Shown here piece after piece: positions 20,089 to 33,075 of a DNA stretch of 64,000 bases. The stretch's first letter is position 1. The number at the start of each line of letters is the position of its first letter. The translations under genes and the position numbers were made by a program. Source of the stretch: an uncultured Trueperaceae bacterium (GTDB taxonomy: Bacteria > Deinococcota > Deinococci > Deinococcales > Trueperaceae); NCBI GenBank assembly GCA_963815215.1, contig CAWFFU010000011.1, positions 32,001 through 96,000 of the forward strand. Direction: 5' to 3'. The notes beneath the pieces are model-generated. The model had not been told where the DNA came from and searched no databases. It saw only the letters and a list, made by a program, of their open reading frames with translations.

Positions 20089-21326
20089 CCCTCGCCGTCG
20101 ATGAGGTACTTGTAGGTCACCATCTCCGCCAGCCCCATCGGCCCGCGGGCGTGGAGCTTCTGGGTACTGATGCCGATCTCGGCGCCGAATCCGAGAGCGA
20201 AGCCGTCGGTGAAGCGCGTGGAGGCGTTGACGTAGACCGCCGCGGCATCCACCTCGTTGCGGAAACGCTCGGCGACGACCAGGTCGTTCGCCACGATGGC
20301 CTCGCTGTGCTGCGTGCCGTAGCGCGCGATGTGCTCCAGGGCATCGTCCAGGCCGTCGACCACACGAACCGCCAGCTTGAGGTCGAGGAACTCCGTGGCC
20401 CAGTCCTCCTCGCTGGCCTCGTCCACCGCGTCGACCAGCGCCCGGGTGCGGGCGCAGCCCACCAGCGCCACGCCGGCCGACGCCAGGCGCGCCAGCGCCG
20501 CTGGGAGGAAACGCTCCGCCACCGCGGCGTCCACCAGCAGCGTCTCGGCCGCGTTGCACACGCCGGGCCGCTGTACCTTGGCGTTGAACACGATGGCGTC
20601 GGCGGCCTCCAGATCGGCCGTGGCATGCACGTAGACATGGCAGTTCCCGACACCGGTCTCGATGACGGGCACACGCGCGTTCTCGACGACGTGGCGGATG
20701 AGACCCGCGCCTCCGCGAGGGATCACCAGGTCGACCCTGCCCCGGGCCTGGAGCAGCTCGGTCACCCGCGCCCGGTCTGGCGAATCGACGAGCTGCAGCG
20801 CGTCGACGGGCAGACCGGCTCCGGCGATGGCGTCGCGCATCACCGCGCTCAGCGTCCGGTTGCTCTCGAGCGCGTTGGCCGAGCCCCGCAGCACGGCCGC
20901 GCTGCCGGCCTTCATCGCCAGCACGGCGGCGTCAACGGTGACGTTCGGCCGGGACTCGTAGATCATGCCGATCACGCCGAAGGGAACGCTCACCTTGCGA
21001 ACCCTCAAGCCGTTGGGCAGGCGCCAGCCGTCGAGCACCCGGCCCAGCGGGTCGGGCAGGTCGGCCACCTGCCGGCATCCGTGCGCCATCGCGGCCACAC
21101 GCTCGGCGTCGAGCGCCAGGCGGTCGAGCCGCGAGGCGGCGGTGCCGCGCTCGCGCTCGGCGGCCACGTCGCGGGCGTTCGCCTCGAGGATGCGCTCGAC
21201 GTTGCCCTCCAGCGCCTGCGCGACGCCCTCGAGGGCCGCATTCCGGTCCGCGCCGGCCAGCGCGCGGCTGGCGCGGCGCGCGCGCGTCAGGAGCGCGTCC
21301 AGCGGGACCTCCAGGGCGGCGGACAT
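20073..21326 (-). CDS. proA: Gamma-glutamyl phosphate reductase
   Basis: IYESRPNVT, IPRGG, GNCH, RPGVCNA.E, NASTRFTDG, ISTQKLHARGP; TATACT 5 nt before ATG. Confidence 0.96.
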   Translation of the reverse strand: MSAALEVPLDALLTRARRASRALAGADRNAALEGVAQALEGNVERILEANARDVAAERERGTAASRLDRLALDAERVAAMAHGCRQVADLPDPLGRVLDGWRLPNGLRVRKVSVPFGVIGMIYESRPNVTVDAAVLAMKAGSAAVLRGSANALESNRTLSAVMRDAIAGAGLPVDALQLVDSPDRARVTELLQARGRVDLVIPRGGAGLIRHVVENARVPVIETGVGNCHVYVHATADLEAADAIVFNAKVQRPGVCNAAETLLVDAAVAERFLPAALARLASAGVALVGCARTRALVDAVDEASEEDWATEFLDLKLAVRVVDGLDDALEHIARYGTQHSEAIVANDLVVAERFRNEVDAAAVYVNASTRFTDGFALGFGAEIGISTQKLHARGPMGLAEMVTYKYLIDGEGQVRA

Positions 21327-21432
21327 ACGGGAGTATAGCGTCCTGTACCTGACGCGCCCTAGCGCCCGCCCCGCCGACCGACATGGGGTCCCGGCCCGCG
21401 TCGCTAGACTGGCCGCGAAGGGAGGCCCCTGC

Positions 21433-22143
21433 ATGAACGAGCGGCCTTCGAACCACGATTCCCGCGTCGTACTGGTCACGGGCGCCGCCGGCGGCATCGG
21501 CTCCCACGTGGCCCGGCGCTTCGACGCCGACGGCTGGCGCCTCGCGCTCCTGGAACGCCCCCACAACGTCGACAAGGTGCGCGATACCTTCCCCGAGGCC
21601 CTCACCGTCGGCGTCGATCTCACCGACGCCGACGACACCGAGCGAGCGGTGCAGGCCGTCCTGGCGGAGCGCGGACGCGTCGACGCGCTGCTCAACCTGG
21701 TGGGCGGCTTCACCAAGCAATCGGCGCTCGAGCCCGGTAACGAGGCGCTCGAGCGTCAGCTCGACCTCAACCTGCGCACGGCGGTCCATGCCACGCGCGC
21801 GGTGCTGCCGTCGATGGTCGAGCGCGGCAGCGGCTTCGTGATGGGTGTCGCTGCGGCGGCGGCCGTGCGGGGCGGCGCCCGGATGCCCGCCTACGCGGCG
21901 GCCAAGTCGGCGCTGACCGGCTACCTGCGCAGCGTGCGCGCCGAGGTCGAACCCCAGGGGGTAGGCGTGAGCGTGCTGGTTCCCATGGGCACCGTGGACA
22001 CGCCCGCCAATCGCGCGGCGATGCGCGACACCGACCCGGCGTCGTGGATCGATCCCGACGAGCTCGCGGCGGCCGCGGCGTTCCTCGCCGGCCGCGGCGG
22101 ACGGGGGCGGGTGCGCGAGCTGCGAGTGTACGCGCCGGGCTGA
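21433..22143 (+). CDS. SDR-family oxidoreductase
   Basis: VTGAAGGIG, YAAAK, DTPANR; GGAGG RBS. Confidence 0.9.
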   Translation: MNERPSNHDSRVVLVTGAAGGIGSHVARRFDADGWRLALLERPHNVDKVRDTFPEALTVGVDLTDADDTERAVQAVLAERGRVDALLNLVGGFTKQSALEPGNEALERQLDLNLRTAVHATRAVLPSMVERGSGFVMGVAAAAAVRGGARMPAYAAAKSALTGYLRSVRAEVEPQGVGVSVLVPMGTVDTPANRAAMRDTDPASWIDPDELAAAAAFLAGRGGRGRVRELRVYAPG

Positions 22144-22176
22144 GCCGAGAGCCGTCGCCTCGCGCCCGACCGGGGC

Positions 22177-23757
22177 TCAGGCGAGCGCGTCCTCACCGAA
22201 GGTGACGGCGCCCTCCTTGAGGGTCGCTACCACGTGGAGTTCGTCCAGGTCGCGCGTCGGGTCGTGCGACAGCACCGCAAGGTCGGCGTCGAATCCGGGC
22301 GCCAGCCGGCCCGAGCGATCCTCACGGCCGATGGCGCGGGCCCCGCCGACCGTGTAGGCCGCGAGCGCCTGCGGGATCGTGAGGCGCTCGCGTGCGGCCA
22401 GCACGGTGCCGTCCACCCCACGCCGACGTGTCGCCGCTCGCAAGCCGTCGACCACGTCGGGATCGGCCACCGGCGTGTCCGAGCCGAACGCCAGCCCGGC
22501 GCCGCTCGCCAGCAACGAGGCGAAGGGGTAGGCGCGGTCGCGCCGGTCATCCAACGCGCGCAGGATGGTGGGCACGTCGAAGGTGAGGTGCAGCGGTTGC
22601 GCCGAAACCGTCACCCCCAGCGCCGCGAAGCGCGTCAGATCGGCGGGATGGAGGTGCTGGGCGTGCTCGATCCGCGGCCGCAGCCCGGCCGCCCGCCACG
22701 CCGGCGCGGTCGCTCCGAGCGCGTCGAGGACGGCGCGGTTGGCCGCGTCGCCGATGGCGTGGATGACCGGCGTGAGGCCCGCGCCGATGGCCAGCGGCAG
22801 GCGCCGCGCCAGCACCTCGGGGCCGTCCACCGCCACCCCCACATCGTCCATGCGGCCGGCGTAGGGCTCGAGCATCCACGCCGTCAAGCTCCCGAGCGCC
22901 CCGTCGGCGAAGAACTTGGCTCCGCCCACGGTGAACGAGCCGCCCCCGTGACCCGTCGCCACCCCCACCGCAGCCGCCTGCTCGATGTGCTCCTGGCCGA
23001 TGCAGGCCCACACCCGCAGCGGATAGACGGAGCGTGAGGCGGCGTCGGCCGTGGCACGCCAGTACGAAGGCGGCTCATAGGCCATCGAGTGCACCGTCGT
23101 CACGCCACGGGCGGCGAGGTGCTCGCCCGCCCGCTGCAGCGCCCGGGCGAGCTCCTCGGCGTCGGGCGTCGGCAGGCGAGCGGACAACAGCTCCATGGCG
23201 TGCTCCAGCAGCAGCCCCGTGGGTTCGCCGCGTTCGTCGCGTTGGATCACGCCCTCCGGCGGGTCGGCGGTGTCCCGATCGATCGCCGCCAGCCTCAGCG
23301 CGCTCCGGTTGCCCCACAGGCTGTGGTGGTCCTGGCTCCGGAGCGCGACCGGCCGTCCAGCCGAGGCCCGCTCGAGCGCGTCGGCCTCGACCGGCCCGAT
23401 GCCCTCCAGCCCCAACCGCTCCAGCGCGAACCCGCTGCCGACCAGCCAGCCGTCCGGCGGCAGCGCGGCGGCGTGCTCCTCGACCCGCCGCAGCAGCGCG
23501 GCGAGCGAGCGCACGTCCTTCAGATCGAGCTGGGCGAGCTCCAGGCCGTGAGCGGCCAGGTGTACGTGGGCGTCGTGGAAACCGGGCAGCAACGCCCGCT
23601 CGCCCAGCGCCACGACTCGCGTACGGGGCCCTGCCAGCGCCTCGGCGTCGTCGCCCAACGCGCTCACGCGCCCCGCCGTGACGGCGAGCGCGTGCGTGAG
23701 CGGACGCCCGGCGTCCATGGTGAGCACGGTTCCCTCGAAGAGCCAGTCGGCGCTCAC
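22177..23757 (-). CDS. Amidohydrolase (YtcJ-like)
   Basis: PGFHDAHVH, KFFADGALGS, HAIGD, RIEHAQ, FGSD.P. Confidence 0.9.
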   Translation of the reverse strand: MSADWLFEGTVLTMDAGRPLTHALAVTAGRVSALGDDAEALAGPRTRVVALGERALLPGFHDAHVHLAAHGLELAQLDLKDVRSLAALLRRVEEHAAALPPDGWLVGSGFALERLGLEGIGPVEADALERASAGRPVALRSQDHHSLWGNRSALRLAAIDRDTADPPEGVIQRDERGEPTGLLLEHAMELLSARLPTPDAEELARALQRAGEHLAARGVTTVHSMAYEPPSYWRATADAASRSVYPLRVWACIGQEHIEQAAAVGVATGHGGGSFTVGGAKFFADGALGSLTAWMLEPYAGRMDDVGVAVDGPEVLARRLPLAIGAGLTPVIHAIGDAANRAVLDALGATAPAWRAAGLRPRIEHAQHLHPADLTRFAALGVTVSAQPLHLTFDVPTILRALDDRRDRAYPFASLLASGAGLAFGSDTPVADPDVVDGLRAATRRRGVDGTVLAARERLTIPQALAAYTVGGARAIGREDRSGRLAPGFDADLAVLSHDPTRDLDELHVVATLKEGAVTFGEDALA

Positions 23758-23764
23758 GCTGACC

Positions 23765-24541
23765 TCAGCGCCCTTGGAAGCGCGGAAGGCGCTTCTCCCG
23801 GAAGGCGGCGACGCCCTCGCGCGCGTCCACGCTGGCGGCCGCCCGGCCCTGGAGTTCGGCCTCGAGCGCCAGCTGTTGGTCGAGGCCCTGCTGAAGCGAA
23901 GCCTGCAGCTCACGCTTGGCCAGAGCGAAGGCGTACGTCGGGCCGTCGGCCAGCTCGCGCACGAAGCGCCACGCCTCCTCTGCGAACCGCTCCGCGTCCA
24001 GAACGCGCTCGCCCAACCCCAGCGCCAGGGCCTCGTCGGCCTCCACCCGGCGGCCGGAGTACAGCAGCTCGAAGGCGCGCCCCAACCCCACCAGCCGCGG
24101 CAGCGCGTAGCTGCAGGAAGCGTCCATCACCAGGCCGATGCCCGTGAACCCCACTGCGAAGCTCGCCCCGCTCGCCAGCAGACGCATGTCGCACGCCAAC
24201 GCCAGGCTCATGCCCGCCCCCGCGGCCACACCGTTGACACCGGCGACGACCGGCTTGGGGAGCGCGCGCAGCGCCCGTACGACGGGGTGATAGCGCCCCT
24301 CGAGCAGCTCGCTGATGTCGGCGTCGACCGACGTCTCGGCGAGGTCGGCGCCGGCGCAGAAGCCGCGGCCCTCCCCCGTGAGAAGCACGGCCCGGACGTC
24401 GTCGTGCGCGGCCGGTCCTTCCAGCGCCCGGCGCAACTCGTCGAGCATGGCGGGCGAGAGGGCGTTGAGCACGTGCGGCCGGTCGAGGGCGATGCGCAGG
24501 GCGCCCCCCTCGCGGTCGAGCTTCAGGTAGTCGAAGGCCAT
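23765..24541 (-). CDS. Enoyl-CoA hydratase/isomerase (PaaG-like)
   Basis: RGFCAGADL, GVAAGAGMSLALACD, EGVAAFREKR.P.F.GR. Confidence 0.9.
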   Translation of the reverse strand: MAFDYLKLDREGGALRIALDRPHVLNALSPAMLDELRRALEGPAAHDDVRAVLLTGEGRGFCAGADLAETSVDADISELLEGRYHPVVRALRALPKPVVAGVNGVAAGAGMSLALACDMRLLASGASFAVGFTGIGLVMDASCSYALPRLVGLGRAFELLYSGRRVEADEALALGLGERVLDAERFAEEAWRFVRELADGPTYAFALAKRELQASLQQGLDQQLALEAELQGRAAASVDAREGVAAFREKRLPRFQGR

Positions 24542-24579
24542 GGAACCTCCCGTTCCTTGATGATGGCGAGCGAGGCGCG

Positions 24580-24924
24580 TCAGCGCGGCTCTCGCGGCCG
24601 TCCGCTAGCGAGCGCCACCAGGAGCTCGTAGTCGTCGGGCCAGGCCGGGTCGTCGAGGGCCGCCCGGTTCCTGCGAACGGCCCCGCAGCGCCGGCAGCGA
24701 TGGACGATGATCCAGCCCTTCTTGCCGCTGTGTTCGGCCGCCACCGGCTCGAGCACCCCGCCACAGTCGCTGGCGCGGTCGCCCGGGTTGACGTCGACGT
24801 GCAACGAGTGCAGGCAGACCGGACAGTGGTTGCGGTAACTGCCGTTGGCCAGCGCGGGCACGTCGGCGCCGCACACCGCACAGGTGAAGCCCTCGTTCGC
24901 CCCGCGGCCGATGAAGCGTCGCAC
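24580..24924 (-). CDS. RNHCP domain protein (Cys-rich, putative zinc-binding)
   Basis: FTCAVCG, YRNHCPVCLHSLHVD..PGDRA..CGG, HRCRRCG. Confidence 0.9.
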   Translation of the reverse strand: MRRFIGRGANEGFTCAVCGADVPALANGSYRNHCPVCLHSLHVDVNPGDRASDCGGVLEPVAAEHSGKKGWIIVHRCRRCGAVRRNRAALDDPAWPDDYELLVALASGRPREPR

Positions 24925-25047
24925 GTGACGCCAGTGTACCCGGCGGCCTCGCGTCCTCGCGGCCGCACGAGTGGCCCGGACAGGTGACCCTCACCGCAGC
25001 GCCCTACAATGAGCCCCGGCGCCCTCGCCCGGCGGGGGCCGGGAACC

Positions 25048-27482
<2,435 letters not shown>

Positions 27483-27486
<4 letters not shown>

Positions 27487-28529
27487 GGGGCGGGGCGCGT
27501 GCGCGCGGGCGACGCGGCCGGCACGGAACCGCCACCGCCCTTTCGTTGTTGGCGCTCGGTGTGGCCGTTGCCCTGATCCCGTGGCCCGAGCCGTGGGTGG
27601 AACGGTTCTTCGCGCGCGGTCTCTTCCCGTACACCAGCCGTCTCCTCGCGCCGTGGGTGGGAGCCGTCCCCTGGAGCCTGACGGGCGCGCTGGCGATCGC
27701 TCTGCTCGTGGCCGTGCTGGTGTCGTTGCCGTCGCGCGCGGGGCGACGCTTCCTGCTCCGCGGCCTGCTGCCTTGGGCGGCGGCCGTGCTGGTCCTCGGC
27801 TTCTCGCTGGTGTGGGGGCTCGCCTACCGTCGCGCCCCCCTGGCCGAGCTGCTCGGCGTTCCGGCGACGGCGCCGACCGGGGCCGAGCTGGCGACCGCTC
27901 AGGCCCGTCTGCTCTCGGTGCTGACGGGCTCGGTCGACTCCCCTCCACCTGTGCAGGCCGACGTCACCGCCGCCGGTCGTTGCGTGGCACGGGAGGTGCA
28001 GCGTCTGACCGGCAGCCGCGTGTCGGTCCCGCGCCGCGTCAAGGCCCTGCCGCCGGGGAGCCTGCTGCGGCTGGGGTTCGCGGGTGTCACCTCACCGTGG
28101 TTGCTCGAGCCGCACGTCGACGCCGGACTGCCGCCGGTCGCGCGGCTGGCCACCTCCACGCACGAGCTCACCCATACCGCCGGCTTCGCGCGCGAGGCCG
28201 ACACCGACGCGCTGGCCGTCCTGGCCGGGTTGCGTTGCGACGACCCGGCCGTGCGTTACGCGCTGAGCCTCCACGCTCTCGACCTGCTGCTGGTGTCGCT
28301 GCCCGAGGCGGCCCGGCAGCCATTGCTGGCCGCGCTCCCACCGCGCGCGCTACAGGACCTGCGCGCCGCCTCGGCCGCGGCCGCACGCTTCCGTGTGCCC
28401 TGGTTGCAGCGGGCGGCGACCGCCACCTACGGCGCCTACCTGCGCGGCCGTGGCGTGAAGGCCGGCATGGCCGACTACGGCCGCGCGACGATCCTGGTGG
28501 TGCAGTCGCTGGCGCGCGGCACGCCGTGA
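27483..28529 (+). CDS. DUF3810-like membrane protein with HExxH motif
   Basis: N-terminal TMs, WGLAYRR, GFAGVTSPW..E, HELTH.AGFARE. Confidence 0.75.
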
Positions 28530-28539
28530 CGGCGCCGGG

Positions 28540-30597
28540 TCAGCTCGTCACGGGGCTCGCTTGCGGTTCAGGCTCGACCCCGAGGTTGCGCCGCATCAGC
28601 GCGTCGAGATCGGGCCCGCGGCCCATGAAGCGCTCGAACAGGACCATGGGGTCCTCGCTGTCGGCCTTCGACAGCACCGCGTCGACGAAGGCGCGGCCGG
28701 TCGCGGGATTGAAGATCCCCTCGCGCTGGAAGCGGCTGAAGGCGTCGGCGTCGAGCACCTCGCTCCACTTGTAGCTGTAGTACCCGGCGGCATAGCCGCC
28801 CGCGAAGACGTGGCTGAACGACGTCAGGAACGGGCTGTGCGCGAACTCCGGTCGCACCGCGAACGGCTCCATCACGTGCTGCCCGAAGGCGATCGGATCG
28901 CCGCCGAGCATGGGATCGTAGTCGATGTGCAGGGCCAGGTCGACGGCGCCGAGGCTGAGCTGGCGCATCTGGTCGGTCGCCGCCAGGAAGGTGCGGCTGC
29001 TCGAGAGGCGCGCGAACAGCTCATCGGGGATGCGTTCGTTGGTATCGACATGGCGGGCGAAGAGATCCAGGCCCTCGCGCTCCCACGCCCAGTTCTCCAT
29101 GATCTGCGAAGGCAGCTCCACGAAGTCCCAGGCGACGCTCCCCAGGCTGCCGCGGCCCGGGACCTCCACCCGGCCGAGCACGTGATGCAGCAGGTGCCCG
29201 AACTCGTGGAACAGGGTGGTGACCTCGTCGTGCGTCAGCAGCGCCGGCTGCCCGTCGGACGGTGGGGTGACGTTCGCCGCGATGGCGCCGACGTGCGGCG
29301 CGAACTGCGGGCCCTCGGGTCCGCCGGTGATCATCGGGTTCATCCAGGCTCCGTCGCGCTTCGATGCGCGCGGGTACCAGTCGGCGTAGAAGGTGCCGAC
29401 GTGGGTACCGTCGCGGTCGTACAGGTCGTGCACGCGAACATCCGGGTGCCACGTGGGAACCCCCTGGCTCGCCTCCACGCGGACGCCGAACAGGCGCTCG
29501 GCGACCGAGAACAGGCCTTCGAGCACGGTGTCGAGCGCGAAGTAGGGGCGCAGCTCCTCTTCGTCGAACGCGAAGCGCGTGCGCCGCAACGACTCGGCCA
29601 CGAAGTCGAGGTCCCAGGGCTCGAGCCGCGCGATGCCTGATTGCTCCCGCGCGAAGGCGTTGAGTACTACGACCTCGTCCCGGAAGCGCGGCAGCGTGCG
29701 CCGCGCCAACTCGCGTTCGAAGGCCTGCGCCTCGGCCCCGCTCTTGACCATGCGGTCCTCGAGCTGCAGGTCGGCGAAGTCGCGGTAGCCCAGCAGCCGG
29801 GCCAGCCGGCGGCGGCGGTCGAGGATAGCGGCGAGGACCGGCCGGTTGTCGTGGTCCCCTCCTCCGGCCCGTCCCACGAAGGCCTGGTACAGCTCGCGGC
29901 GGCGCGCGCGGGAGCGTGCGAACTTCATGAACGAGCGGTACGAGGGAGCTTGCAGGGTGAAGCGGTAGCCGGTCTCGCCATGGGCTTCGGCCTCGAGCCG
30001 AGCGCGGCGGCGCACGCCGGAAGGAAGCCCTTCGAGCTCGGCCTCCTCGGTGATCACCATCGAGAAGGCGTTGGTCGCGTCCAGTACGTTCTCACTGAAG
30101 CGTGTCGAGAGGCGCGACAGCTCTACCCGCAGGGCGCGCGCCTGCTCGCGCTCCTGCTCGGGCAGGTCGGCGCCCGCCTGGCGGAACTCCTGCAGCGTCT
30201 TCTGCAAATGGCGCTGCCGGACGCCGGTCAAGCCCCGCGCCTCCTGGGTCCCCGCGTACGCCTTCAGGGCAGCCCACAGACCGGCATGTGTCGGGATGCC
30301 GGCCATGAAGCCGGAGTAGACGGGAAGCGCCTCGTTGTAGGCGTGTCGCAACTCGGGCGAGCTCTGCACCTGCGTGAGGTGACGGGCGAAGCCGAACACG
30401 CGTGAAGCGCGCTCCACCAGTGCGTCGAGCTCCAGCAGGGTGTTCTCGAACGTGCGCGGGCCCGCGGCCGTCACGAGCGCCTCGAGCTCACGTTCGGCCG
30501 TCGCGACGGCCTGGCGCACCGCGGGCGCCACGGACGCCGCCGTCATCGCTCCGAACGGGGGGCGCGCTGCGCGGGACAGGAAGGGGTTCTCGGTCAT
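28540..30597 (-). CDS. M3A oligopeptidase A-like metallopeptidase
   Basis: ENPFL, LRPYF, LFHEFGHLLH, DFVELPSQIMENW, YAAGYYSYKW. Confidence 0.93.
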   Translation of the reverse strand: MTENPFLSRAARPPFGAMTAASVAPAVRQAVATAERELEALVTAAGPRTFENTLLELDALVERASRVFGFARHLTQVQSSPELRHAYNEALPVYSGFMAGIPTHAGLWAALKAYAGTQEARGLTGVRQRHLQKTLQEFRQAGADLPEQEREQARALRVELSRLSTRFSENVLDATNAFSMVITEEAELEGLPSGVRRRARLEAEAHGETGYRFTLQAPSYRSFMKFARSRARRRELYQAFVGRAGGGDHDNRPVLAAILDRRRRLARLLGYRDFADLQLEDRMVKSGAEAQAFERELARRTLPRFRDEVVVLNAFAREQSGIARLEPWDLDFVAESLRRTRFAFDEEELRPYFALDTVLEGLFSVAERLFGVRVEASQGVPTWHPDVRVHDLYDRDGTHVGTFYADWYPRASKRDGAWMNPMITGGPEGPQFAPHVGAIAANVTPPSDGQPALLTHDEVTTLFHEFGHLLHHVLGRVEVPGRGSLGSVAWDFVELPSQIMENWAWEREGLDLFARHVDTNERIPDELFARLSSSRTFLAATDQMRQLSLGAVDLALHIDYDPMLGGDPIAFGQHVMEPFAVRPEFAHSPFLTSFSHVFAGGYAAGYYSYKWSEVLDADAFSRFQREGIFNPATGRAFVDAVLSKADSEDPMVLFERFMGRGPDLDALMRRNLGVEPEPQASPVTS

Positions 30598-30669
30598 CGA
30601 CACTCCTCGGCCTCCAACAACCCGCACAGTCTACCCGCGCACCCGTTCGCGGGGAACCGTCCGCGCGAG

Positions 30670-32799
30670 TCAGGCGAAGGCCGGCACGTACTCGGCCGGG
30701 ACGGCCTGGCTGAAGAGGAATCCCTGTCCCTCGTCGCATGCCAGGGTGCGCAACAGCGAGTTCTGCTCGCGTGTCTCGATCCCCTCGGCAGTCACGGTCA
30801 GACGCAGGCTCTTGCCGAGGGCGATGATCGCCCGTACCAGCTCCACGTCTTCGCCGGCGTCCCGGCCGCCGAGCCGCCCCACGAAGCTGCGATCGATCTT
30901 GAGACCGTCCAGCGGCATCCCTCGCAGCAGCGACAGCGAGGCGTGCGCTACGCCGAAGTCGTCGAGCGCCACGTGCACGCCCATGCCACGCAGCTCGTGC
31001 AAGTGTGGATCGGCCGCCTCCAGGGTGCCGGCGCCGGTGCGCTCGTTGATCTCGATCTCCAGCAGGCCGGGATGCAGGTCGTAGCGGGTGAGCGCCTCCT
31101 GCACGCGGCGCGTGAAGTCCTCGTCCTCCAGCGCCTGCGGACTGATGTTCACGGCCACGCGACGCGAGGTGCGCTGCTGCTGCCAGCGCTTGGCCTGGGC
31201 ACAGGCGCGCTCCAGCACCCAGCCGAACAGCTCCCCGCCGAGCTGAGCCTCCTCGGCGAGCTGCACGAAGGCCGCGGGCTTGAGCAGGCCCCGTTCCGGG
31301 TGCTCCCAGCGCACCAGGGCCTCCACGCTGGTGATGGATCCGGTCTGCAGCTCGACCCGCGGCTGGTAGTGGAGCACCAGCTCGTCCTCCAGCAGCGCTC
31401 TACGGAACTCCCTTTCGAGCGCTGCGCGTTCGCGCATGGCCGCATCGAACCCCTCGCGGTAGAACCGGTAGCCACCGCGCAGGTGCTGCTTGGCGTCCTC
31501 GAGGGCCGTCCCGGCGTGTTCCATCAGCTCGGTCGCGTTGGCCGCCCCCTCCGGGAAGACCTCGATGCCGATGCTGGCGCTGAGCCGGAGCGTGGCGCCC
31601 CGGTCGTGGAACGGATCGGTCACGGCGGCCTGGATCTTGTCGAGCACCGGCAGCGCGGCGCCCGCCCGGGGGAGCCGCGCCAGGAGCACCGCGAAGGTGT
31701 CTCCGTCGAGCCGGGCCAGGGTGTCGCTGCGACGCAACTGCCTGCGCAGCCGGACCCCCACCTCCTGCAATACGCGATCGCCCCGGTCCGCTCCGAGCGT
31801 GTCGTTCAGGAACCGGAAGTCGTCGAGGTCGACGAGAGCGAGCAGCGAAGCTCCCCCCTCCCGGCGCGTCCGGTAGAGCGCCTGCTGGATGCGATCCTCG
31901 AGCAGGTAACGGTTGGGGAGCCCGGTGAGGGCGTCGAAGTGTGCGCCGCGCCACAACTCGGCGCTCACCTGCCGGTTGGCCGTGACGTCGCGCACCACCC
32001 CGTAGACCCCGCAAGCTCCTCCCACTTGCCCCTCCCAGCGCACCAGGGCGAAGTCCTCCACCCACAGCACGCGGCCCCCTTTGCTCCGCAGCCGGTAGGC
32101 ATGGTGACGGTCGCGCTGGGTGGGCAGGCCTCGCAGTGCGGCGTCGTAGGCCTCGCGATCATCTTCCAGAACGTGAGCTTGCAGCCCCGTCGAGAGGAGC
32201 TCCTCGACTCCGTATCCAGTCACCGCGGCGCTCGCCTCGGACACCCACGTCCACCGTGCTCGACCGTCCTCGCCGAGGAGCAACGCGTACGCGAACGATG
32301 CCCCCTGCCCATCCAGCCGATCGGCGAGCGCGCTCCTCGCCGCCTCCGCCCCGGCGGCGTGCTCGGAGGCGGTCGCATCGCGTTGCAGCACCAGCAAGTG
32401 GCCGGGCCGGCCGTTCGGGCCCGGAATCGGCAGGTGGCGTTGCTCGTTGAAGAAGAGCGTGCCGTCCTTCCGGAAGTTGCGCAGGGTGACGGTCACCGGG
32501 CTACCACCCTCGAGCGCCTCCCGGATGGCCTCGTTACCGTCCTGTTCGCTGTCCTCGCGTTGCAGGAAGCCGAGGTTGCGGCCGGTCGCCTCGTCGGGTC
32601 GATAGCCCGTCAACTCGACGAAGCGCTCGCTGGCGTGCACGACAGGGTGACCGACTTGCGTCAGGTCCGAGACCGTGAAGCAGGCGTCACCGAACAGGCG
32701 CCGTACGGTCTCGACCACTTCCGCGGTGTCCGGCGTGCCGGATCCGCTCATCAGCTTCCTAAGGATGGCGCGATCACTCGTCGCGCTGTCGGCCTTCAT
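30670..32799 (-). CDS. LOV-like PAS / PAS / degenerate GGDEF / EAL c-di-GMP signalling protein
   Basis: GRNLGFLQ and NFRKDG..F.N; DALTGLPNR, RRSD..DGDTF; EALVRW, DDFG, KIDRSF, EGIET, QGFLFS. Confidence 0.9.
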   Translation of the reverse strand: MKADSATSDRAILRKLMSGSGTPDTAEVVETVRRLFGDACFTVSDLTQVGHPVVHASERFVELTGYRPDEATGRNLGFLQREDSEQDGNEAIREALEGGSPVTVTLRNFRKDGTLFFNEQRHLPIPGPNGRPGHLLVLQRDATASEHAAGAEAARSALADRLDGQGASFAYALLLGEDGRARWTWVSEASAAVTGYGVEELLSTGLQAHVLEDDREAYDAALRGLPTQRDRHHAYRLRSKGGRVLWVEDFALVRWEGQVGGACGVYGVVRDVTANRQVSAELWRGAHFDALTGLPNRYLLEDRIQQALYRTRREGGASLLALVDLDDFRFLNDTLGADRGDRVLQEVGVRLRRQLRRSDTLARLDGDTFAVLLARLPRAGAALPVLDKIQAAVTDPFHDRGATLRLSASIGIEVFPEGAANATELMEHAGTALEDAKQHLRGGYRFYREGFDAAMRERAALEREFRRALLEDELVLHYQPRVELQTGSITSVEALVRWEHPERGLLKPAAFVQLAEEAQLGGELFGWVLERACAQAKRWQQQRTSRRVAVNISPQALEDEDFTRRVQEALTRYDLHPGLLEIEINERTGAGTLEAADPHLHELRGMGVHVALDDFGVAHASLSLLRGMPLDGLKIDRSFVGRLGGRDAGEDVELVRAIIALGKSLRLTVTAEGIETREQNSLLRTLACDEGQGFLFSQAVPAEYVPAFA

Positions 32800-33075
32800 G
32801 GGTCCTTCGCGCCTCCTCCGCGCCTTGCGGCCGCCGCGGCTGGCGACGACCGCAAGTGGAGGTCACGGGACTAGCGTCTGGGCCGGGGCTCCCATCCACC
32901 GGCCGACCGACTCCCGTACCCTCCCACCTCGTCCGAGCACGACCCTACCACCTCGCGGCCCCGCCGCCCGTGACAAATCTGTGACGCACAGGGCGTTCCT
33001 GGCGTATTGAGGGTGCCGCGGCGCATCTTCCCGGCAATCGGGCGCACGGCCCGCGCGCGCGCCGACGGAACCCCC

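Noticed and set aside
20073..21716. ORF-track N-terminal extensions of proA and others (amidohydrolase, nitrilase, M20, SPOR, rluD)
   Set aside because: They overlap neighbouring genes; true starts are indicated by -10 boxes, RBS or stop-start overlaps.
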